Source: Klebsormidium nitens (Eukaryota; Plantae; Klebsormidiophyceae). Taken from it: a stretch of DNA of 64,000 bases. The translations under genes and the position numbers were made by a program. Below are positions 10,801-23,100 of the stretch, piece by piece (positions within the stretch are counted from its first letter, which is position 1; each line of letters starts with the position of its first letter). Under the pieces are notes generated by a model that did no database searches, was not told the origin of the DNA, and was given only the letters and a program-made list of their open reading frames with translations. The stretch is taken from assembly GCA_000708835.1 (NCBI GenBank), contig DF237027.1, positions 1-64,000 of the forward strand, written 5' to 3'.

Positions 10801-13800
10801 CTTCAGTGAAGAAGCCCGGGCACGGCGAGCGCTGCAAAACGTCTCCTCATTGCTGCGACCGGGGGGCGTCTTTATCGGAACCATACCGGACGCCAACGTG
10901 CTTGTTCGGAAGCTCCGAGAAGGTGAGGCTTGTTTTCAATGCAGATTGCGTGGCTCTTCTTCCCAGTCCTGTGCCCAGTCCTTTTCTCTATCCGCTCCAG
11001 TTCCTCTTTCCTCACTGTCTTCTCTTTTCATGCCACGCGGAATTGCCCCATCTGGCTCGCTCACAGCGCTTTTCCTTTCTTGTGGTTTGTTTGAGTCAAA
11101 CAGTTCTACCTTCACCTCAGCTGCCGGTAGTTTGCTCTTCGCAACATCGAAGATGAAAGAGGAAAGGTGCAAGTCTTTGCATCTTGTTTACAAGAAGTCT
11201 TCTTCCGCAGCCCCGGGTCTCGAAGTTTCCAACAGCGTGTACCGCTTCCGCTTCGACGATCGCCACGCAGACAAGGTGGGCCGATGCTCTCATATACGAA
11301 AGGCTTCTGAGATTGCTTTGATCTTGGCTGCAACTAAGGTTTTCTTGTCCTCCAGATCAAAAGCATGGGGTTTCTTTCCAGTTGGTCTTTGACCCTAGCG
11401 TCTCAGCTGTTTCTCCGATACGCAGATTGTCTTCTTGACGCAGGACTCTTTCCCCTCAATCGATCGTGATTGCAAGCAACATGGCTTGTAGTCTAGCGCT
11501 AGCCACTCAGAACAGTCGTGTCCTTCAACGTGAGTCATCTTCTGGTGTCAAAGTTCTGCAAACCACTGTAGCGCCCCTAGCATCGAGGGCCCTTAGTGGC
11601 TGGTGCGCTTATTGCCTCTTGTCCTGCTTCTCTCCTGACCATGCTTTCGGCTGACGTCAGATGATGATGCTAGCAAGGAATATGCGGTTGACAGGTGGCT
11701 CGGTTCCTGCAGCGGTTCCCGGCGAAGCAGCCGTACGGCAACACGTATATCTTCGCCCTCGAGGTGATTCTCGAAGCAAAACTTCTTCAGATATATTTTT
11801 GCAACATAAACAGCCATACTTTCTTCACTCCAAAAGAACGGTGACCGTAAAGTGCTCCCTGAACGTACGAAAGGCGAGATTCGTTGTGTTATCTCGAGAT
11901 GTCAGTGAGTCGCCCTCCTTTGTTGAGAAACGTCTCAGGAAGCGCGCATCTCAGTACGCTCACGGCTTTACGCACGCGGCTTAACATGCCCGTGACTCGG
12001 CTCCAAGCATAGATTTTTGAGGTCCTGAACCTCATTCAGGTTTCGAAAAAGATGGAGCAGATCTCACATCGTTAAGCTTCTTTTATTCGATCTGGACCAT
12101 TCGTTAGTCAAACAACGAAGATCTGACGCGCTATGTACTCGTGCAATGCCAGGACGCAATCGCCAGCGTCCCGGAGGCCCTCATCCCCTTCTCGGCCCTA
12201 AGCACTCTAGCGGAAGAGGTGAGCAAGTTTGCCCCGTGACGTTCGGCAAGTTGACGGTTTACTTTACCGATAATGAATGTTCTGTGCACCGACAGACGTC
12301 ATTCCTGTCCTCATATACCCCAGCCGTTCATCGTAATTGAAGCGTGCGCAAACGCTGGAAACGTCTGCTGTTGGCAGCGCCTCGAACAACGGCACGCTGC
12401 GCGCCCGCCACGTGGCAGCGCACCAGTCAATCTAAAAGCAATTACATCCAGCGCATTTGAGTCGGACAAACGTTTCTCCTCTGACTTCAAGCTTCGCTTG
12501 ACCGTCACACACAACGAGTTCAGACTGGGTTTAAGCTCCGTCTTGCAAAACCGAAGTCTCTCTAAAGTAGCAAATCTATGATAGCGGTCTTCATTCCGCA
12601 TGTGCCCGTCTTGTATCCTGGCGACTTTGGGTCGCCTTCCAATTTCACGCTCTGAGCGGTGCTGCTCAAGGACGACGAGCTCAACCCCAGTGGGTTTACA
12701 TCTCCATTCTGACAGACTCTTGCGGGGTCTGCAGTGATTACGTGAACTTCACTGTTAATAAGGTAACAGTAACAAGGAGTTCAACGAGGACGGGTGGGGT
12801 TAGGATGGGGGTTCGGGAGAGTCCGGGTGCGGAGCGAGTCATTTTTCCATTACGGTTCCAGTATTGGTTAAGCAGGAGATGCCTCTCCGTTATCTACATC
12901 ATTTCATAAATATCTTATAGTCCAGATGTTTGATTTTCTGCAGTACGGTCTCACGGTGGAGGTGCGGTCAAACTTCCACTCCTTCATCGCGGAGCACAGC
13001 CGGAACCCCGAGTTTGCGGAGCTTCTACGAACGATGGGCGTCGCTGAACGTGAGACCTATTAACACCTTTTCCACCGTGCTCCGGACTTTAATAGCCAGA
13101 CTGAGCAGCGAGGTTTGCAAGATGGGAATTTGGCGTCAAGTGTAGCTGTCGACAGTCAGTGCTGATGTATAAATTAGTCTTTCGTCGACAAAGTGACTAG
13201 GATTCTTACGAAGCGCCTCCGTTCGAAAATTACTCCGGTGGTTCATAAGCCTTCGCATAGGGTGAGATCTTGTTAGAGGCAAGCCCTGATCTCTTCACGC
13301 CTCCTTCTGCATAATCCCGAAACATCTGAGAGTTGCGCCGGTCGTTGTTCCCTCCCGGTTGCATGGCGCAAAGGACAAGTAACTCGACCAAACAAGAGCC
13401 TCCTGCATCACTTGTAACGTAGGCGACTATGTACCTGAGGTGGTTTCGAGGAGAATTGAAGCGTCCATTTATTCCATTTATTCGTGGAGGAGTATCGATT
13501 TCACGTTGAGATACAGCCAGATAGGTCACTGGTGGGGTCACTGGTGGACTTATTGTGAGCACGCGTGCGGAGCGGTTAAAAAATGTCTTCAGAATTTATT
13601 GCGTCCTCCCGGTTCCAAGTTTGCATCTCGACCCAACCTGAAATTGAGACATCCAGAACGGAAGAGCTTTTGATCCTTTCACATGGCTTACCGATAAGAG
13701 ACTCCTCCTGCATACAGGGGGGAAGCAGATGTCCGCAGCCGAATGGGACGCCGCATACCTCTACCTCGCTTTCGTCTTTCGGAAGGTGAGCGTCGCGCCT

Positions 13801-14220
13801 GCCAGAAGGCAAAAGGAGGTTCAAGAGCTTGGTCGATAACTCGCCGTGACCTCTTTTCAAAATGTATCTTCGCAGAACATACTGGTTTGCTCGCGCACAC
13901 AAAGACCGTCAAACAAGATAGCATGCAATCAATAACTTGCTTGCAGAATCGTCGACATGCGTGGGGACCGAGGCCGCTCGTGGCTTCCCGCTTAGCGATA
14001 GACCGTAGTTGGTTGGTCTCGCTTGAGTCCTACACTGAGAACCCTATCAGTATCAATCTTCAAAGACACCCGGCAAAGCACGACACCCCTTTGCAAGCAC
14101 GATACAAAACATCCCTTTACGCTGCAGGTTGGTGAAGCGCCGAGGTCTGAGCGACCTAAGCAGCCTGGAGGCATTTACAAGCCCATACAACCGCACGAGA
14201 TTGTCTTCATACCCTCCTGA
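7894..14220 (+). CDS. RNMT: mRNA cap guanine-N7 methyltransferase (RNMT/Abd1 family)
   Basis: Exons 7894-8010, 8744-8884, 9594-9692, 9979-10035, 10784-10922, 11211-11275, 11713-11763, 12153-12218, 12944-13049, 13718-13785, 14128-14220; phases are consistent. Motifs [55 protein letters not shown] and [10 protein letters not shown]. The ATG at 7894 is provisional. Confidence 0.93.
10628..10820 (+). repeat. Two-copy duplication of RNMT intron end plus exon start ([13 protein letters not shown])
   Basis: 10628-10700 closely matches 10750-10822. The upstream copy ends in TAG at 10716-10718. Confidence 0.9.
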
Positions 14221-15699
14221 CATTTGCGACTGATGTCCACTTTGTTGCCGGCTGTCTGGCTGGGAGGTGTAAACAACTTGTATAGGTGTGAAAGCTTCAT
14301 GGCAAAGTTCTCACGATCGCTCTAGGTGTCGTCCAAATGGACAACGGTTGGCCATCCGCGAATATGAATGCAAATCTCGCTATAGATCGTGTCCATCCTT
14401 CATGCACGATCGAAGTTTGAGTGTGCATCATGCTTATTTTTAGAGGTATGAGAGAAGGAATCAAGTTTCGGGGCCCCTGTCTGCCTAGTCACTACGGCCT
14501 CTTCCTTAGATATGTAACGGATACCCCGGACTGAAGAGCTGACGCCAGTTGCATATAGACGCGCTCAAACGAATGCTTCATGGCCAGCTACAGCCGCTTC
14601 AACCCCATTTTTCAACCATTGCGCGCCGCACGATTGCCACCCAATGCTATATGCTTAAGAATGCTCAGTCTTGTATTACAAGAAACTGTAACATGAGCAA
14701 ACCTGCATGGGCAGTCTTTCAGCTCTTTACAGTGCATGACGTGCCAAACATCACGGATGCGTACCAGATATTATAGGTGTACATTTTCCCATGATATTGT
14801 GGGGGTTGAAGCACCTTGTCAGATACATGCATATGCGCATAGGGTTGCACCCAAGTGCGGTGGGGGCTCTATACTCGAGTCATGCAAGCTATAAGCTCGC
14901 CAAAGATATAGCCGAGCCAGGCTAGCCCTCCTAGGTGACCATGCAGCACAAGCGTTGGATTCGATGATTGCTCAAGTACCTAGCGCAATATCGTTGGCCC
15001 AGTAAGGGCCACTTGCGGTTGCGTCACGTCACCATCTCACCCCTGTCCCAGTGCATGGGTTCAACGAATTGAAATGCAGGACTTGGGGGGATCCCTTGGG
15101 GCCAAAGCCGAACGTCACCATGTACTGTGACTTGCATTCCCTGGAAATATCGGACGGCACGTAGTAAGCAGCAGACCCTGCCGTCCGTTGCCGGCCCTCC
15201 TGACCGTAGATCTTGAGAGGTGACAAATCTGGCCAGGCCAGCCACGTGGGACCGACCGGCCAATGAGTCAGCCAGGCTTGTCTGCTAAAGGGAGTGCTCA
15301 AAATCTGAGAGCTTGCCCAAATTGAAAAGCAGATTGAGGAGTACATGCGATGTTGAAATTGAAAGCCCAGCTATGCTAAAAGTTGGCAGCAATCCTGGCA
15401 GCATGTTGGCAGCGTTGAGCAGCTAACCTTGGTTGGTTTGGCTACTGTGGTTGCTCTTTTTCTGCTTGTATTGTTCTGCAGATATTGAGACTATATGTAA
15501 TTGGGCAGATTAACCGGAAACCTGTTTCAGCGTGTCGGTGAACCCAATTGCAAAGCTCATCCCCATAACAGGTGGACCGCAGTAACCTAAATCTGCTCCA
15601 GAGGATAGCCATTCCAGACCTTTACAGCATAAAGAGTTGCGATGCTCACTTCCAGCCCCTTAGCCCCAACAGAGCCATTGCCAGGAAAGCTCCCACGCA

Positions 15700-18600
15700 A
15701 TGAAGGCCCTCTTCCTCTGCTCCCTCATCTCCTTTCTCTTCGTGGGTGCCCTTCTCGCCCTCTCCTATCTGCTGCCCACCAAGATCCACGTGGCAGAATC
15801 TCCGGACAAGGGCGCAGTCTACGTCGCCACGCTCGCGATCGCAACGCTGCTGCCCGCGTGCTTCGGCGTCCACGTCTGCGTCGCCCTTCTAGTTGCTGCC
15901 AACGTCTCCATCTCCTGCAACCTGCGCGCCCTCGCAGAGACGCTCAACCTGCTAACCTCCGCTCTTGACCGCTTCCAAAACCCGGTGCTTTGGGTGCGGA
16001 CCCACCCGTGGCGGTCGGGTCTCTGCCTCCTATTCCTTGGGTCCTATTTTAGCTTTTCACAGCTGCTGACCGCGTCGAATGGACGCTACCTGGAAACGAC
16101 GCCGGTGCAGAATGCAACAGTTACAGGGCTGGGAGGCGCGTCTTCTTTTGGGGGGTGCACGGGGCGGTCGTGCATTCTGACCAGTGACAAGAACTTTCCC
16201 ATCATGGTGGAGCAGATTGGGAACGTCACTGCGGCGACGTACGCGCACGAGATCAACGGCGCGTGGCACTACGCGGTGTTCCCGGACCCAAGCGAAATCA
16301 ATCAGGTGAGCTTCAAGTTATAACAAGGTCCTTCCTTGGTCATGGCTGAGCTTCTGAGCTGAAATTAGATGTGGCCTGGCGATACTTTTGAACGTTTGCA
16401 ACTGAGGAATGGGTGTCTTTCTGGTATGGGACGTATTGAGCTGAGAGACTTTGTGGCTCTGCCAATTCAGAAACCCTTGAACTTCCTGAAATCATGAAAT
16501 CTTCTGCTTAGAGATTGCAGGGAAGTAGCTTTTTGGACTTTATGAAGGTCCATCAGTTGGGGATAGAAAGTTACTATCAGACGCAGGAAGAGAATCTGAG
16601 TTGGTTGTGGATAAGGAAGCTCAAAAGGGATAAGATTGGACTGAACAACAGGACTGGGTAGTTCTGTGAGCGAGGGGTTGAAAGGCACCGCCTTTGGTCT
16701 TATGAATGCTATATTTTGTCTTCACCTCGCTTAAAGACCTAAGAAACGAACCCTGGGTTTGAGAAGTCCGCAAAGTTTACTGAGCTTGAGAGGCAGAGGG
16801 GCCTGAGCCTAGATTTGCACAGAGCCGTTGTTTATTTTCTCAAAGTTGCAATCCAGGGAGGTAGGAGTCTAGGCTCAGTTTCTTCCTTGAGTGTACCTTC
16901 TGAGATGCGACTTTCCTTTAGAGCCGAAGACATCCAAATGTCTCACTCTATTAAGCTCATGCGAAGGCGACCTTGGATCTGGACCACAAAGCTCAAAAAA
17001 GCTCGATAGATGAGAGCTGGATATGGGGTCCGCATTTGTTACAACAGGGATCATGATGCAAATCAAAAGTTATTGCTGGACAAGATAATCTGGGAGTTAT
17101 GTATGACTTATGATGTTTCAAAGGAGCGATTGGATGCTTTCGGAAGAGGGTTCAGATGGCCTTTGATGGCCAACCGTTTTCGTTGATCCCCAGAAAGGTG
17201 GAGTTCCTTCTCAACAAACCTGGTCAGAAAATCTTAGCAACATTCTGACCCATTGTTCAGCGGCTTAAAGGCCGCCTAAGGGACCACGCGGTCAGCTAAC
17301 CCCCTGGTTGTTCTCTGTACAGGAGGTGGGGAAGACCAAGTTTGAGCGCCTACTTCAAGAAATTTGATCAACTTCTATTTCAGGTTAAACTGACTCAAGT
17401 CTCCCCTGCTTTGAGGGCCCCTAAGGAGTCGTCTCCCGGTCAGCTTTACGTTAGTTCTTCCCTGTACAGGAGGCGGGGGAAAACCAACTTTGAGCGCCTC
17501 CTTCAAGGGACTTGGTCAAATCTTATTTCAGGTTCATTTGACTTATGGTATTTCCCCTCCTTTGAGGGCGCCTAAGATATCGTCCCACGGTCAGCTTAAC
17601 CCTAGCTCTTTCTTGCACAGGAGGCGGTGAAGACCAAGTTCTCAACAACCTTGGTCAACTTCTATGTCAGGTTATGATGACTTATGATTCCCCTGCTTAA
17701 CCCTAATTCTTCCCTGTACAGGAGGCGAGGAACACCAAGTTTCAGCGACTACTTCAAGAAACTTGATCAACTTTTATTTCAGGTTAGTCTGACTAAAGAT
17801 TCCCCTGCGTAATCCTCTTTCTTCTCTTCACAGGAGGCGGGGAAGACCAAGTTTCAGCGCCTGCATCAAGTCCACGCAGCCCGGTACACTTTCCAGTGCG
17901 ACAAAAGCCTCGCCCCCACCGCACAATTCAACGCCGCCGCAACCTTATTCAACGACACCAAGCTAATTTCGGCCAGGTCTTCCGTCACGCTGACAAGTCA
18001 GGGGGTTCTGCAACTCTATCTAGGGTTGGAGTTCCAAGGAATCGAGGGGTACTCCGTTTATTGGTGCCTGTTCAATGCGAGCAAGGAAATCGTGGACGTG
18101 GTTTGGCAGTCAACTGCGGGTGAGCAAATTTAAATCACTCATTCCCTTTTGTCAAAAGCAAATTAAAGCCAATTCGTGAGCAAGGGAGGTCGGGTATTTT
18201 CCGTCCGAACGTTGGTGGTTGGGAGATTGTATGCGCTGTTGAAATTTCAGGGCGACAAGCATTTATGTAGCATATTTTGCTCTCGGTAACAACGGAAGCA
18301 GAAACAGTCTCGTGCGTGAAAGTGATCGACTGAAGTACTAGGCAATCCTCACGTGAAAAGTTTAACCTGCAAGTCAATGTTCTGCACTTATCAGGATAAT
18401 GATGCCAGGCGGTCTTGATGGAAGTGTCCGGCAAAGGGCTCGTCGCACTGTTTCTTTCCGCCTCACCACACGGCCCGTCCATTAAATTCGAACAACCGTG
18501 AAAGGTTTCAAGTACGCGACCACGCGTTATCAGCAAAAGGGATCGCCCTGCGAGCTCAGCTCCAGGTATCCGTTCTGAACAAGATCTTTTTGCTATCTAT

Positions 18601-20179
18601 CCTGTCCGCACTTCGCAAAATAAATTTTGTACCCTACAGTGTAACCTAGGCTTCGATAAGAACCAAGCCTTTGACACCGTCTCTTCTTAACTTCTTTCTG
18701 AACCTTGTTTCGAGGTTTTCTTTTCTACACGTCTCAAACTTGACCAATCCTGCTAACTCGTTAGCCCTGCTTTCTGAAAGTAATCATTCCCTTTACACTT
18801 CCTCTCCTGACTCTGCTAGTCTTTGTCCAAAGCATTCTCGTGGTGTTCCCTTCCAGGTTCCTAATTGGTTGTTAGCTTGATCAGCCCTGCTCCCTAAACC
18901 GCCAGACGTGGGTTTTCAGACTCAGTTCCGCGGATCGGATTCCCCCAGATCTTCTGTTTCCACCCACAATCTCCTGACCGTATGCTTATCTCAGGAGGGC
19001 TGTCCGTGGTTAAGTGACCATTGCTGGTTCCTACCCACGGGCCTGCGTTCGGAAAAAGAGAGCCCAAAATATCTCTCCCTAGTATCTATGTCCATCGATC
19101 AAGCTTCTCGTTTGCTCTTCTCTTCTCAGGAGCGCTGTCCGTGGTTAACGTAACCAACCCTGCTCCGTACAACGGAACCTGGGTCCCCGAAGTGACGAAG
19201 CCCCTGACGTCACTCTCGCTCGTTTTCTCCAACACCCTGGCCTGGTGGTTCGCCAGCCGCTTCTACGCGCTCACCAGCCAGGAGGCGAAAGACTTCGCCG
19301 TCGAACGCGTCGCACACGCGTTCATTCAGGCAAGCCTTTCGACGCCAAAGAATGTTTTGCCGGGTACTTTGAATCATGTAAATATTGATCCAGGTTTGGA
19401 TCAGACCAGGACACTGACTGCCTATCAAGCGACGGGCTTCCTATGAGAAGCGGAACTTCCTGCATGAAGATCTTGACGTCTCCTGATTCTACGAAGCCTT
19501 AATCGACTGTTTCAAGTCGACATACTAGATCCGCAGATCGAACAGAAGCAGTTTGCCGCGGAAGTGTTTCCTGCGCCGTCAGGCCGTCCTCAGTACCTTG
19601 CTTCACTTTCAAAGCAACATTCCTGCTAGGTTCTGCAAGCGGCTCAGTGCTTCGTGAGTCTATGGTCACCAGGACGTCGCCTCGCATTCAACCGAGACAT
19701 GGTCCCGGGCATGAATCGCTCTTCAAAACTCAATCTGCTCTCAGGACGATCTTCAAAACGTCGAAGCTAAACAGGATTTCAAGAAGGTTTTATAAGGCCC
19801 TAACGATCAAACCCGCGGCTTTTCGTTACATCACCTGCAGACGGTCCTCCTTCGCGGCGCCCAGACCACGGACGACACCTACGTCAACCAGTCGGACGTC
19901 CTGACGGACACGTGGTGGGTGGTGGACCAGATCCGCGCGCGCGCGTGGTTCCGCACGTTCCTCGCGGCCGCGGCCGCGTTCGGCGCGGCCGCGTGTTTCT
20001 TCCTCGCGATCCTGTGGGCGTGCTCCGGCGGGGGGGTTCGATACACCGGGGAATGGCGGCCGCTGCAGTCGGAGGGACTGGATGCCGGGGCGGAAGTAGC
20101 GCCTAAGACCCGGGGGATCCCTTCCGGGGGGGAGGTGGAACTGGATGCCGCTGCGCGGCGCCAACGGGGAGGGGTGTAA
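15700..20179 (+). CDS. Unknown multipass membrane protein (~475 aa): 2-3 N-terminal TM helices, luminal domain with N-glycosylation sequons, C-terminal TM helix
   Basis: Exons 15700-16305, 17834-18119, 19130-19329 (GC donor) and 19841-20179 join in frame with GC-rich coding-like codon use. No family recognised. Confidence 0.75.
17200..17870 (+). repeat. Tandem array: four decoy copies plus the real 3' splice site and exon start
   Basis: Variants of ctgtacag|GAGGCGGGGAAGACCAAGTTT with AG ending at 17322, 17469, 17620, 17721 and 17833 (real). Spacing 147, 151, 101, 112 nt. Confidence 0.92.
18985..19155 (+). repeat. Two-copy duplication of acceptor plus exon start
   Basis: tctcag|GAGGGCTGTCCGTGGTTAAGTGACC (18995) versus the real tctcag|GAGCGCTGTCCGTGGTTAACGTAACC (19130). 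Confidence 0.85.
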
Positions 20180-23100
20180 AGTGTCAGGGTGGTTGTACAA
20201 GTTGTAAATACACGCAGTGGAGGAACGCTGTCGCCGCCATCTCGTCACTTCTAGCCGTTTGGTGATAGTCGACTGGCTGAGATTCGCGTGAATCAGCTTT
20301 CTGATGAAGCCGTAGCCAGACTCAATTCGAATCGTATCATCTTTGCAGCGATCAGTCTTCTGGATTCTTGACAGTGTTATAGTCGTGCCGGGGAACACCA
20401 GATCATGAACCGTCGGGTGTGCATGCGAAGAAAGCGGTCAAAGCTGGACATGAAGAACGCACCGTCACATTCGTGGTTCACAGCGCTTGATTATGGTAGT
20501 TATCGTACGACTTTTATCCACAGGCTGCCTAGTAGCCACGTACTCGAATCTGGGGCCTGCTTAATCACCTGACGTGGGCGTCTTGGCAATGATGGGCGGC
20601 GCGCCAGAAATTTCTTAGTGCAGACGGCAGTTAGTTGTATAAGCAATGAGTGCGCACTGAATAGAGGATATAGACGGAATGAGATTGAATTGAGCCTATC
20701 ATTAACAGAATAGCTCCTACATCGTTGATTTTCATGTTGCCTTACATTGATTGCAGTGCTTATCATCCGATCCCAGTTTGACCGCGGGCCTCCGCTCATC
20801 AACTTCACATACAAGCTCGCGGCCACGTATACGCAATGGAAAATGACTCGACTTGTCATGCAGCAGATTTACTAGGTTAATTGTGATCAATTAACACTGG
20901 AATCATTGTTTGCGCCTAGCCTAGATACATGACACAAATTATATGAAGTCCGCATGCAAATGGGGCCCGTCCGGCGGACGCTCATTAACCACGGCTGCAT
21001 GTACGGGTTACCATTTGAGCCTACAGGTCTGACGTTAAATTGAGATTTACCATGTAACAAAAACAACTGACCGGGTTCAACTCGCACATGTGCGACACTT
21101 GCCAGACAGTTGATCTTTCGTGCATGTCATCCCAGCTTGTTAGAATATTGCTCATGCATGAAGGTTCGATCATGATCCGAATAAGTTGCTAGTGAGTCCT
21201 CCAGGGCGCGGGACGTCAAACATGCTCAAAGACCTGAAAGTCATCTGGACCACATGTTCGTACGTTTGTGTACATGCCGTATTAGTACACAAGGCAGGCT
21301 CCGGTGAATGTGGGTCTGAACATGCCCAATTCGCGTTCATCGTTGTGAGGTGGACTTATAAGTGTTGTGTCGGAGCAGGACCAAAGAACGTTCGCGCTTC
21401 GAAAGTTCTTGAGGAGAGAAAGCAGCTCCTATGCACGGCCTTCAATGTTCCTTGTTGCGTGCGCGTGACGACCGCCGTCTGCAACTTTGTCTTCTTTTGA
21501 CGCCGGCTTTTCCTGCAACTCGTCAAAAAGGTTCGTGAGGCAATCATTAGAGGTGGGCTGACTCTCGTTCTCTGGAGTGAACTGTGAGAACAATTGGAAC
21601 TCGTCCATGCAGTGTAGAAGTACCTCAGTAGCAGCAAAATCGCTTAAGAAATTCGCCAAGCAAGGTCCTTCGGCAAGTCGTCACGTGACTGGATAGGCCT
21701 TTCGCCGCGAGACGAGAAGATGCGGCGACTCACCCGGTACTCTTCAACGTAAGTGGTCGCCTTTGAAATCGCACCAGAGGAAAACGTCGACGACGCATGG
21801 TAAGTAGTCACGAGCAGCTGGGCAAATGCGGGGAGGGCGCCACCTGGCAAAAGGTCATCGGATGGCTTGTGCAAAGCCAAACGAACTTTCATTTTGTTGT
21901 TAAGAAGCCTGAAGCTTTGAGAGAGTCCTCGACTTTCGATGATGGTGAGCGGGTGAATTGACGAGTGCTGCACACATGCTTCTAGGCGGCGACTGTTGAT
22001 CGGAGCAGGTTCGCAGTCGGTCGACTTTTGGCGCGGCCAGTCCTTGCTAAACCTAGTCAAAGCGATCCGGGGTCGAAGACCATTACAAATACGTTCTGGG
22101 AATCGAGGCGCAAAGAGCTGAGCGGCCGTCATTTGAGCAACAAAAAATGATTTCCGTGCGAGAATAAGGGTGTAGCCCGCAAAAAACCTAAGACCGGAGC
22201 TACTTCAAAGAGACGTTTCCAACCACATAAAGATGATACAGTCTCTAGAAGATGATACGGAAGGTGCATCAATTGTAGAAACGATGCGAAAGGTGACGTA
22301 CGGCTCGCATATTCCTCCAGGAGCGCTGAGTTAAAAGAATCGTAAAAAACTTCCGCGAACGTGCAACAAGCAGCAAGAGGCGCCATGGTTTCACGAAAAC
22401 CGGTGGATTTCATGAAGCCAGCGCTTCCGGAAGGGATGCCAAAATCTTCGTCAAATGTGATTCCGGGTTACAGCTTAGGAAGATGCCGTCTTCGAACACC
22501 ATTCGCGGGTTGGTTGGACCAATCTTGGGAGAGTAGGAAAAGCGGCAGGATGAGGTGAGAGGCTGAGAGGACGGTGGAAACGGGGCTGAGGAAAAGTTGA
22601 GTGTAAGTACCTGCCAGCCCTGCGCCCGCCATAGCAACGAGCATGATCGGAGGAGCCTGTAATAAAGGCTGGGTGTCAGTTCGTTCAGATTTCACCCCGA
22701 GATATCCGTTTCATAAACGCTCAAGTGTTCCGACGAGTTCACAAACTGACGTTGATATGCTCTGCAGAGTGCACTCACACCGGGTCCTACGGAGAAACCA
22801 TTCCACAAGCTCTCTGACGACTTCAAAAGTCGTGATAAGCTACCATTTTCTGTGAAAACGGAACGGGGTCATTCCCGCACGCGGCCGGAAAAACGGGACC
22901 TGAATGTGGTAAAGGGCAATAGACCTACACGCCTGCGCCGCTTCTCCGGTCTCAGAGTTTTGATGGGTTTTGTACGCATAATGTTTTTCGTACGCAATAA
23001 AGGTCGCTCACCCCGGCAAGACTTTGCAGCCACGGTCGCCCCGGCAGCAGTTTCACCATCCGCGGCATCACTGCAGGAAACAAATGATCATCAGCGCATC

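Noticed and set aside
17200-17870. CRISPR-like repeat-spacer appearance of the arrays
   Set aside because: Eukaryotic intron, degenerate repeats derived from the adjacent exon, related spacers and no cas genes.
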